DNA of 64,000 nucleotides, taken from NCBI GenBank assembly GCA_938075155.1, contig CALJGL010000023.1:42987-106986 (forward strand), in the 5' to 3' direction. Made by a program: the position numbers and the translations under genes. The DNA is from an uncultured bacterium (GTDB lineage: Bacteria; Planctomycetota; UBA8108; UBA1146). Below, piece by piece: positions 37,501 through 46,774 of this stretch (within the stretch, counting starts at the first letter, position 1; each line of letters starts with the position of its first letter). Under the pieces are notes generated by a model. That model was given only the letters and a program-made list of their open reading frames with translations, was not told the origin of the DNA and did no database searches.

Positions 37501-39176
37501 GCAATGGAACATTGATCAGTGAACTGGATGGTCAAGCATCGTCCTACCTCGATACCACCTCTTTACCGGGTGAGTCGAACTACTCGTTGATTGCAACAGT
37601 TTCCGGACTGGATTCGACTGAGTCTGGCTGTCTTGTGCAGCGTGCGCCACTTCCTGTGGAGTCACTCAGCTGTGATAACAATGGCGGGATCGCCGTGTTG
37701 TCTTGGGTGAATCCGGAGCCGTGGGAGCAAGCTGAAATCTATCGGGACGGTCAACTGATCAATATTTTGACTCAGATCCAAAATACCTATCAGGATGATT
37801 TCCTGACAAACTCTGGTTCTGGTCTTCACAACTACGTCATCAAGACTTACTTCGACGGTCTGACCTCAGGAGAAAACTCCTGTGGAATCTTGGTTGCACC
37901 GACTCCGGTCGTCTTGTTCGAGTGCGAGCCCCTCTCGGGTGGTGTTCTGCTTTCTTGGACCAATACAGATACTTACGACCAGATTCAGATCATGAGAGGC
38001 AGTGAGCTTCTGGTGAATTTGGGTGGTGGGTCAACTCAGACCTTCGATGGTCAAGTCGCCAGTGGTGCAGTGATTTACACACTGACGGCTTCTAGAGACA
38101 ACATTACTGCAAGTTCTGTCCAGTGCATGGTGACTATTCCTTCAGCACCAGTTTCAGATCTTGCTTGTTCAGATAGCGCTGGAGGCATCCAGCTTTCATG
38201 GACGAATGCCGACAACTATTCCACGATCGATATTCTTCGAAATGGATCTGTGGTAGACACCATCGCTGGTGCATCAAGTTCATACCTCGATAGTGCCGCC
38301 GGTGGTGGAACCTCGTTGTATCAGGTTGTTCCCAGCAGTAACGGAGTTGCTTCAGGCCTCTCCAACACCTGTGGCGGATCGATGGCACCGCTGCCCATAA
38401 CAGGGTTGCAAGGTCAGTTGATCGAGAACTGTCAGGGAGATGTGCTCTTGAGTTGGAGTAACGCGGAGTCTTACGATTCCATCCGCTTAGAGCGTAACGG
38501 TATTCCTGTAGTGACCTTGGCTGGATCTCAAACTGAGACAACGATCGACGTGGGTGCCCATGGGTTTTACGAGCTTGTGCTTGTTCCAGCGATGGACAAC
38601 ATTGATGGCCCCGCTGTGAGTACCAGTGTTGATTATGTTGCTGAAGTGGTTTCTGCGCCCACCGGATTCTCTGGAAGTGTCGATTCCGATACTTGTCAGG
38701 CGACTCTCTCTTGGTCAAACCAGGGGACTTACTCTCAGATTCAGATTGTTTCTGCAGGAGAAGTTCTGAGCACGCTTGCCGGTGGAGTGAGTTCCGCATT
38801 GATCAATCTTCCTGGTGCTGGTGGATACGTCCTTGATTTGGTCGTTATCGGAGAATGTGGCACTCAGGCGAGTTCCGCCGATTCTGTCGCTCTTGATTGT
38901 TCCGTGAGATTCCTACGAGGCGATCAAAATGGAGACGGAAGTCTGGATATCTCTGACCCGCTCTCATTACTCGGATTCATGTTTGGTGCCGGAGAAGTGA
39001 CCTGTGAGGACGCTTCTGACGCCAACGATGACGGTAATATCGACGTTTCTGACGCTGTACGCATGCTTCAGTACCTCTTTGGAGGGGCCAGCATACCAGC
39101 GCCGATAAACGGCTGTGGAGTCGATCCGACCGCTGATGGGTTGGGTTGTGAGCAGGGAGATCCGAGCTGCTCCTAG
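34509..39176 (+). CDS. Giant secreted protein of about 1555 aa: N-terminal di-heme cytochrome c peroxidase-like domain, an array of about ten ~85-aa Fn3/Ig-like modules, and a C-terminal dockerin-like module. The ORF track begins at 34290; Met at 34509 gives a signal peptide.
   Basis: Signal peptide [22 protein letters not shown]. CxxCH x2 ([16 protein letters not shown]) and CCP signature [31 protein letters not shown]. Repeating LSWTN....YD.I.I.RNG modules. C-terminus [23 protein letters not shown]...[22 protein letters not shown]...[12 protein letters not shown]...C. Confidence 0.75.
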   Translation: [1555 protein letters not shown]

Positions 39177-39465
39177 ATAGAAAACGAGACGTATCTTGCC
39201 GCGGCGACTCGTCGCCGTGGCAAGAAAAAGTCATAATAGTACGAAGTGTCATGAGTTAACTATGCGGTTAATAGGGTATCGTCTGGTAAGTCTTGAAAAA
39301 CAGGCCCCGAAGGTACTTGAATCTGTGCATTCGAGGAATAACATAAGGATCGCAAGTAATGTTGGCGAGAACGCCATCTGTGCGCTAAAGCCTTTATTGG
39401 CGTTAGTATGCGGCCTTATTTAATAGGAATAATAGGCGGGGTTCCCTGTCTCTAGGTGGTGTGTA

Positions 39466-41949
39466 ATGTGTTTACTAAGAATACTTTTTGATAACAAAAG
39501 GGCTGTTTCTGATGGGAGCTATGCCTTGAAAACTCAATACAATGTTGCGAAGTTTTTGTGGCTCGTGTTGTTCATTTCATGCTTTTCAATGAGCGCTTCT
39601 GCTCAGTTGGGCGTGGGCGATGCAACCATGGGTGTTACTGGTGCTGGCGTTAGTGGGGAAATCGAGTTCATGTCAGTCGATGACATGAGCAATCCGTTCT
39701 CCTCGGGAGTCATGGTCATTGCAGGTCAGGCTTGGATTATTCCAGCTAACCTGTTGATCGATCTACCCGCGAACAGACTGACTCTGCAGCAGCTCTTTGT
39801 GCAAGCGCCTTCAGAAGCACTCGCATTCGGAGAATCTGGCCTGGTCAAAGGGGACAGTTCTCTACGAGGTCGTGGTGGAGCAACAGCGCACCTCCTTGGT
39901 AACCAGATGGCTGATGGCCGAAACATTGCCGGAGACATTTTCATCCAAAAAGACGTCGACTCCCTCACTGGTAGGGTGAGCTACATCAATTACGAACAGG
40001 GATATGTTCGATTGAATGGTGACTCCGGATCTGACAGTGGCGGTGTGATGGTTCGTATCAATGATCCAGATAGTATTCATACGATCCAAAATGGACTCGG
40101 TTGCTCTGATGGCCCTAACTGTAGCCCAGACGTTCGATTCACAAATGATCCTGATAACTACACGGTCTGCTTCCTGACCGGATACCCCATGTGTATCCCC
40201 AGTACCCAGACCGGTGGAAACAGAACCACTGGTTCAGATGCTAATGGAGAAGGTGATCCGTTCTGTCCCCAAGCGAATCGCGACGGGGTTCAGCAATCCG
40301 GTGGTATTCTGGCGGAAGACTCTACGCTCTTTGCTCCCCTAAGAGTGGGAGACAATGTCGGAGTAGAAGGAAACAAGGAAATTATTGACGGAGTTGCCTT
40401 TTTCTCTGCTCACACTTTCGGTGTAAACAGAGCCATTCTCACAAGAGATACCCCCGACCAGCCTTCATACGTACTCGCGGATGAAGCAGAGTGGGATGCT
40501 CCTGGATTCGCTAATGAAAGAGCAAAGTCTCTCTTCATTGGATTCTCCTCTCTTGCTGATTCTCAAGTAAATGTATACGCCCTTTATGTCGATCCCTCGA
40601 CGAACGAAAACCACGAGAGAATCCTCGCCAGCACCGTTAATAATCCCATGAACATCAATCATGGAATCGGCCCTGGCGGTGGCAGTATCTTTAAGATGGT
40701 TTACGACGTGGATTTCCTTAAAGGAGCTCCCGTCGGTCCAAGAAGATCTCCTTGTACTCAGCTCAGGATCTCAGGATTCGATGTATGTCCGAATCTAGGA
40801 TCCATGGACGAGGAATTTGCGATTGTGTCCCCGATTGGTCGTGAAATCGTCATGGTTTCAACCCATGAAGCGGAACTATTGCCTGGAGTCACAGCACTCA
40901 ATCTTCAGGGAGAGCCTGCACAGCACGATCGGTATTTGACACCCGCTGGTGTCGGTCACCCCGAGTTTGGTGAGATTGATCTGAACCGTATGTGGTGGCC
41001 TATGATTTTCGCAGGAGAGCCTTGGAACCTCGATCGTCGTCTCGGCCCTGGTGGTTGCGCTGATGTCAATGGTGACGAGATCGTCGATTGTGAAGATATA
41101 AACATAGTTACAGTCGGTGAACTACGACTTGATCCGTTCCCCTTCTCAGGGTTGAACCCCATTACGGGCGTTCAGGGTGGCTTGAACATCAACATTATCG
41201 ATCCCGGCATTCCTGATCCGATCGCCGGTGAAATTTGTAACAATGGAATTGATGACGAAGGTGATCTGCTTGTCGACTGTGACGACCCAGAGTGCACCTT
41301 GGATAACTTCTGCATATTACTTGAGCAAGCCGGTGGCGAAATCGGTGAAGCAGGATTCTGTGGAAACTTCCTCGACGACGACGGAGACGGATTGGCCGAC
41401 TGTGCTGACCCTGAATGTGCATTCACCATCGACTGTGCTGGAATCGGCGCAAACCTTGGATTGCAGTTCGTTCCTGGAAATATGGAACGGGCCTTCGGAT
41501 ACTGGCCCTTCAGATACGAGGACCTCGACGGCGATCCCCTCAATGGTCAAGAAACTCTGGTCGACAGAATCTATTGGGAGAACCTCCAGTTGCTGCCTGC
41601 CGCAGGCACTGGTCCGATGGACATCCCTGAAATCGCAGGCGCATGTTCAAATCTCAATGGTGCTCCTGAGCCAGCACTAGGTGGCCAGTTGGGTATCGAC
41701 CTCGACTTGAATCAGAGTTCTACCAAGGTCATTACACAAGCTGAAATAGTGACTGACCCAGATAGTGATCACATAAGTTTGACATTCGGTAATGGCAGTC
41801 AAGGTGGGTCATTGCAGTTCCTGAATGGGAACTACATATACACCCCCGCACCTGGATTTACCGGAACTGAAAATTTTGAATATACGGCAACGGATCCTCA
41901 CGGTGGAGCGACCCAGGGAACTCTCAGGTTCGACGTTTCCCAGCCATAG
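39466..41949 (+). CDS. Large secreted protein (827 aa). Paralog of the N-terminal about 550 aa of the next gene. Cys-rich DCxDPEC repeats and one cadherin-like module. No dockerin.
   Basis: Signal peptide. Shared N-terminal domain motifs (IPANLLIDLPANRLTLQQLF, GYPMCIPST, NLDRRLGPGGC) present in both paralogs. Confidence 0.65.
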   Translation: MCLLRILFDNKRAVSDGSYALKTQYNVAKFLWLVLFISCFSMSASAQLGVGDATMGVTGAGVSGEIEFMSVDDMSNPFSSGVMVIAGQAWIIPANLLIDLPANRLTLQQLFVQAPSEALAFGESGLVKGDSSLRGRGGATAHLLGNQMADGRNIAGDIFIQKDVDSLTGRVSYINYEQGYVRLNGDSGSDSGGVMVRINDPDSIHTIQNGLGCSDGPNCSPDVRFTNDPDNYTVCFLTGYPMCIPSTQTGGNRTTGSDANGEGDPFCPQANRDGVQQSGGILAEDSTLFAPLRVGDNVGVEGNKEIIDGVAFFSAHTFGVNRAILTRDTPDQPSYVLADEAEWDAPGFANERAKSLFIGFSSLADSQVNVYALYVDPSTNENHERILASTVNNPMNINHGIGPGGGSIFKMVYDVDFLKGAPVGPRRSPCTQLRISGFDVCPNLGSMDEEFAIVSPIGREIVMVSTHEAELLPGVTALNLQGEPAQHDRYLTPAGVGHPEFGEIDLNRMWWPMIFAGEPWNLDRRLGPGGCADVNGDEIVDCEDINIVTVGELRLDPFPFSGLNPITGVQGGLNINIIDPGIPDPIAGEICNNGIDDEGDLLVDCDDPECTLDNFCILLEQAGGEIGEAGFCGNFLDDDGDGLADCADPECAFTIDCAGIGANLGLQFVPGNMERAFGYWPFRYEDLDGDPLNGQETLVDRIYWENLQLLPAAGTGPMDIPEIAGACSNLNGAPEPALGGQLGIDLDLNQSSTKVITQAEIVTDPDSDHISLTFGNGSQGGSLQFLNGNYIYTPAPGFTGTENFEYTATDPHGGATQGTLRFDVSQP

Positions 41950-41981
41950 GTCTCTCAATAAACCGAAAAGAAAACAGGAGT

Positions 41982-44900
41982 GTGAACACCATGTTCAACA
42001 TTAACGAGAAAGAAACAAAGAGGAGAGGTTGGATGATCGCGAATGCGCTCATCATAACAATCTTTCTTGGTTCAGTTCTTTCCTCGACCAATGTCGAGGG
42101 ACAGATAGCAAATGTACCGCAGCCAACTTCAGAGTCGGTAGTAGTCCTCGGTGAGATCGAGAACATCTTCGTCGATGACATGGATGACATGTTCTCTGCG
42201 GGCTGGATTGTTGCAGACGGAGTAGCGGTCAGGATTCCAAGTGGATTACTGATAGACCTCCCTGCTAACCGTCTTACCCTCAGGGATCTCATGGCAGGTG
42301 CGTCACCGGAATGTCTTGCTAATGGAGAGTCCGGGTTGGCGAGCACTGATGAGTGTCTTCGTAATAAGAGCCTCCAGGGTGGTGGTGCGCAAATCCTTGC
42401 AAACCGTTTACAAGATGGATCTGTCATCGCTGGAGACGTCTTTTTGAATAAATCGATGACGGGTAACGTCGCTGGAGGAATCGTTCCTCCAACCGTCGGC
42501 GGATACGTTTCATACATCAATTTCCAAGACGGTTACTTTGTCGTCAATGGTTCAATGAATGAGCGTCCGTTTGCAGATGGCGGACCCGATAAGCGTGGTG
42601 TGATCTGTCGTATTAACGACCCAGAGACACGTCAAACGATTCAGAGCGGCTTAGGCTGTATCACTGGAATGCCAAACTGTAGTCCAGATCCACGATTCAC
42701 TATCGATCCGGATAACTACAGTTGGACGTTTGGAACTGGATACCCAGTGTGTATTCCAAGTACGGATAACACATCGGGTGAACGTGATGACGACAGTGGT
42801 GCGAACATTCTCACCGGTGCCGGTGACGAATTCTGCCCAATGTGGAATCGCAACTTTGAGGGACCACTGAATAGAACTGTGCCTGACTCGACCTTCTTTG
42901 TTCCTCTGGCAGTGGGTGATCCCATTGGTATTGAAGGAAACTTCGAAGTGATCAACGGCGTAAGATTCTTCTCCTCGTATGGAGGAATGGTTCAACTTGG
43001 TCTGAAGACCAAGAATGAAAATGATCAGCCAGATTACATGATTTATGACGAGGTTGAGGGCGACGTTCCTCCCTTTGACAATGCTAGAATCAAATCATTG
43101 GCTATCTGTTTCACAACAATAGATGACATGCATGTGAACCTTTACAAGATGCATAAAGATCCTTCCACGGGAAATGACATCGAGTACATCTGGGGAACTT
43201 CCCTCGGAAATCTCGGAGCCAGATTTAATGGAATCCCGCCTAACGCTGGTGGAATCAACAAGGTCGAATACGATCTAGATTTCCTTCTCGGAGCTCCCGC
43301 AGCTCACGGTCCATGTTTGAATCTCATTAATGGTGGTTTCAATGTCTGCCCTCAGGGTGGAACGATGGAAGAAGAAGTGGCTCTCATGAGCCCTACTTCG
43401 AGAGAAGTTGTGGGCCGTACACTGCATAGCATGTCTCTGAATCCGGGTATTTTCCCCAGAGATATTCTTGGCTTCGAAGCCCAGCATGGAATGTACATTA
43501 CTCCACAAGGTCAGGGACACCCTGAGTTTGTAGAGATCAATCTCGATAAGAACGGCTGGCCATTCATCTTCGAAGGAATGCCTTGGAACTTGGATCGACG
43601 TCTTGGCCCTGGTGGTTGTGACGAAGATGCAGGGTGTGAAAACCTTGCAACTAATCCGGTTGGAAGTTTTCCTCTTACTCCATTCCCTTCAGCGGGTGAC
43701 CCCGATTGGGTATCTCACTCCATCGGTAATGGTATTCCACCGTTCGCTTCGCAAAGAATGACAGCATTTCATCCCTTTGGAGAAAATGACTTTATGCAGC
43801 CATTCTCGGATATACCGGGACCTAATCCAGCACTGCCTGCAGGGCTGTCGGATGGATTAACGGCTGAACATTGTGATATTCCAAACGATATGCCATTGGC
43901 GATTCAGGATTCTCTGAGTGCAGATGAAGACCAAGTCGCAATGATTTCAGACCAGGATTTGCTACTGAATGATTCTGATCCGGATCTCGACCAACTTAGC
44001 CTATTCCATTACGAGTCAACAAGCTTGAATGGCGGTACGATTCAAAGAATAGGGGCTGGACTGGTTTATCAGGGAGCGCCTGATTTCAATGGTAGTGACG
44101 AGTTCCACTACAGTATCACTGATAATCATGGTGGAACCTCACGTGGAAAAGTCTTGGTTATCGTTGCTGCAAAGAACGATGCGCCTGAGGCTCACGCCGA
44201 TTTCTTGACTCCTCCAAGTGACATTTACACATTCCAGGCCGAATTATTGTTAGACAATGACAGTGATGTCGATGGTGACACGATCACATTAGTTTCGATA
44301 AATGAATCTGTGAGCGGGTCCTCTGGAACAATGACAACTAACGCAGATGGAACGTTCACTTTCACTTCAGACCTGAATAGCACGGGTCCCAGTGTTTGGG
44401 ATTACACCATTTCAGATGATCTTGGCGAAACGGCCTCTTCCACATTAACTTTCTATGTGGGTAACCAGGCACCGGTAGCGTCAGATGATAATGTTGTTAC
44501 TGACGAAGACGTCGAATTGGTGATCAATGCACTTAGTGGTGATTCCGATCCAGATGCCAACGATACCCTCGAAGTGGTGTCTACTGGATCTGCTTCCTTT
44601 GGTAGCGTCGAAAATCTGGGTGGTGGATTACTGCTGTACACTCCAGACCTTGATCAGTTTGGGAGCGACGCTTTTTCCTACACGATTACTGACGGTAAGG
44701 GACTTTCTTCAACAGCTACGGTAAACGTATCTGTACTTCCTGTGAATGACGCTCCAAGATTGGGCGCTGATATTGCAGTAACACTTGAAGACCAGCCTGT
44801 TCAGATAAATGTTTTGAATAATGATTATGATCCTGAAGGCGATGCCATGACGGTATCTCTGCCGATCATCAATGCGTTCAACGGTAGTGTTGAGTTACTT

Positions 44901-46478
44901 CAGGGTGGCGTGATTCGATTCACTCCATTCCCCGACATGTCTGTTGGAGTTGCAGATAACTTCATGTACATGGTCACTGACTCAAATGGAGCTTCCTCTT
45001 CAGGAATGGTTTCCATCGAGGTGACACCGGTCAATGATGCTCCTATTGCGAATCCGGATACTGCAGTGACACTGGAAGACATTCCAACATTGGTCAATGT
45101 ATTGGCGAATGATGGAGACGTCGATAACGATCTCCTAAAGGTGATGTCTGTGGATGTCCCAGCAGATTTCCCTGCAGTGGTAACCTGGCAGACCAACGGT
45201 TCGATCGGGATCAGTCCTCATGCGGACTACAATGGAATCACTCCGAGTACCTTCACGTACATTCTTTCAGACGGATTCCTCACCGATCAGGGTGTGGTCA
45301 GTCTGCAAGTGCTCTCGTTGAATGACGCTCCGGTTGCAAACGATGATTTTGGTCATCAAGTGACTGAGGACGGCTCGGTAACTGTGGATGTTCTTGCCAA
45401 TGATACTGACGTCGATGGAGATACTCTTCAGTTAGCCTCAACTACGAATGGACTGTTGGGTCTGGCCGCTATCACGATTGATGGCAGAGTCTCTTACACA
45501 CCATTCCCCAATGCGAATGGTTTCGATAGCTTTACTTACACCGTGACTGATAACGCTGGTGGACAATCTTCTGCCACTGTTGAAGTTGAAATCCTCGCAG
45601 TGAATGACGCTCCCGAAGCAGGAGTATTGCCAATCTTCCCTCTTCCCGAGGATAGTTTGAAAACGTTCACGGCACTTTCAATCCTGCAGCAGGCCTTCGA
45701 TGCAGATGGCGATTCACTCGTTCTGACAAACATCGGGGAACCCGCAAATGGACAAGTCACGATTTCAGTAGATACGCAAGCAAACATCTCGTCGCTGATT
45801 TACGTTCCTAACCCGGACTTCAATGGAATCGATGAGTTTACGTATGAAGTATCTGATATTGCTTCCTCTGGAGCAGGCATCGTTCGCATGAACGTTCTTC
45901 CTGTCAACGACCTGCCTGTTGCAAATAATGACTCAGGTATTCTTGTCGAAGGTGGAACCAGCATCTCGATCGCACCTCTGCTCAATGACGTAGATGTCGA
46001 TGGCGATTCATTGTCTCTGCTCGGTATTATCAGTGGTCCTTTCCACGGGTCGATGCAGATCAATACGGATAATGGCACCCTGACATACAATGCTGACAGT
46101 AACTGGGACGGTGAAGATTCCATGATTTATAGAGTCACGGATAACCATGGTGGAATGGCAACGGCGAGTATCTTGATCGATATCACGCAGGCCACTTCAG
46201 CTGCTGCTTCCATGATTCGCTCCGATGCCAACGTCGATGGACAGTTGGACGTCTCTGATCCGGTGGAAACCATTATCCACTTGTTCCAGGGTCGTGGAGT
46301 TGCATGTCTTGCAGCATTGGATGCCAATGACGACGAACAGATCGACATTGCTGACGTGGTGTTCTCGCTGAGTGGATTGTTCGCTAACGGACAACTTCCA
46401 GCTGCTCCATATCCGTTCTGTGGTCAGGATCCCACTGATAACTTGCTCCCATGTGACGGTTTTGGTCTTTGCGACTGA
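41982..46478 (+). CDS. Giant secreted adhesin-like protein (1498 aa): paralogous N-terminal domain, about 10 cadherin-like/VCBS-type modules, and a C-terminal dockerin-like module
   Basis: Signal peptide. Repeated VNDAP...D.DGD modules. C-terminus SDANVDGQLDVSDPVETIIHLF...DANDDEQIDIADVVFSLSGLF...PYPFCGQDPTDNLLPC...C. Confidence 0.75.
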   Translation: MNTMFNINEKETKRRGWMIANALIITIFLGSVLSSTNVEGQIANVPQPTSESVVVLGEIENIFVDDMDDMFSAGWIVADGVAVRIPSGLLIDLPANRLTLRDLMAGASPECLANGESGLASTDECLRNKSLQGGGAQILANRLQDGSVIAGDVFLNKSMTGNVAGGIVPPTVGGYVSYINFQDGYFVVNGSMNERPFADGGPDKRGVICRINDPETRQTIQSGLGCITGMPNCSPDPRFTIDPDNYSWTFGTGYPVCIPSTDNTSGERDDDSGANILTGAGDEFCPMWNRNFEGPLNRTVPDSTFFVPLAVGDPIGIEGNFEVINGVRFFSSYGGMVQLGLKTKNENDQPDYMIYDEVEGDVPPFDNARIKSLAICFTTIDDMHVNLYKMHKDPSTGNDIEYIWGTSLGNLGARFNGIPPNAGGINKVEYDLDFLLGAPAAHGPCLNLINGGFNVCPQGGTMEEEVALMSPTSREVVGRTLHSMSLNPGIFPRDILGFEAQHGMYITPQGQGHPEFVEINLDKNGWPFIFEGMPWNLDRRLGPGGCDEDAGCENLATNPVGSFPLTPFPSAGDPDWVSHSIGNGIPPFASQRMTAFHPFGENDFMQPFSDIPGPNPALPAGLSDGLTAEHCDIPNDMPLAIQDSLSADEDQVAMISDQDLLLNDSDPDLDQLSLFHYESTSLNGGTIQRIGAGLVYQGAPDFNGSDEFHYSITDNHGGTSRGKVLVIVAAKNDAPEAHADFLTPPSDIYTFQAELLLDNDSDVDGDTITLVSINESVSGSSGTMTTNADGTFTFTSDLNSTGPSVWDYTISDDLGETASSTLTFYVGNQAPVASDDNVVTDEDVELVINALSGDSDPDANDTLEVVSTGSASFGSVENLGGGLLLYTPDLDQFGSDAFSYTITDGKGLSSTATVNVSVLPVNDAPRLGADIAVTLEDQPVQINVLNNDYDPEGDAMTVSLPIINAFNGSVELLQGGVIRFTPFPDMSVGVADNFMYMVTDSNGASSSGMVSIEVTPVNDAPIANPDTAVTLEDIPTLVNVLANDGDVDNDLLKVMSVDVPADFPAVVTWQTNGSIGISPHADYNGITPSTFTYILSDGFLTDQGVVSLQVLSLNDAPVANDDFGHQVTEDGSVTVDVLANDTDVDGDTLQLASTTNGLLGLAAITIDGRVSYTPFPNANGFDSFTYTVTDNAGGQSSATVEVEILAVNDAPEAGVLPIFPLPEDSLKTFTALSILQQAFDADGDSLVLTNIGEPANGQVTISVDTQANISSLIYVPNPDFNGIDEFTYEVSDIASSGAGIVRMNVLPVNDLPVANNDSGILVEGGTSISIAPLLNDVDVDGDSLSLLGIISGPFHGSMQINTDNGTLTYNADSNWDGEDSMIYRVTDNHGGMATASILIDITQATSAAASMIRSDANVDGQLDVSDPVETIIHLFQGRGVACLAALDANDDEQIDIADVVFSLSGLFANGQLPAAPYPFCGQDPTDNLLPCDGFGLCD

Positions 46479-46523
46479 TCCTTAGCAAGTGAGTACGACA
46501 AAGGGGATTGCTCCCTTGAAAAT

Positions 46524-46557
46524 GGCCCGCGAATAACATTCGCGGGCCATTTTTTTA
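46524..46557 (+). terminator. Rho-independent terminator after the giant adhesin gene
   Basis: ggcccgcgaat-aac-attcgcgggcc perfect hairpin followed by T7. Confidence 0.8.
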
Positions 46558-46774
46558 CGAATAGATCTCTGTAGGGGATACTAAATTGATGAATTTCGGA
46601 CTTTGACGGGTTATTGCTGCAATATCTTGCAGATCTAACTTGTTATTAGTTGTTTGAGATTCTTCACATTTTTTACGAGATTTCGTAGGATGTTATACTT
46701 CAACAGCAGATGGATCCCTGCTTCTGAGGGAGTCCGAAGATTTGCACGTCACTTTAGAGGAAGAGGCAGAGTCG

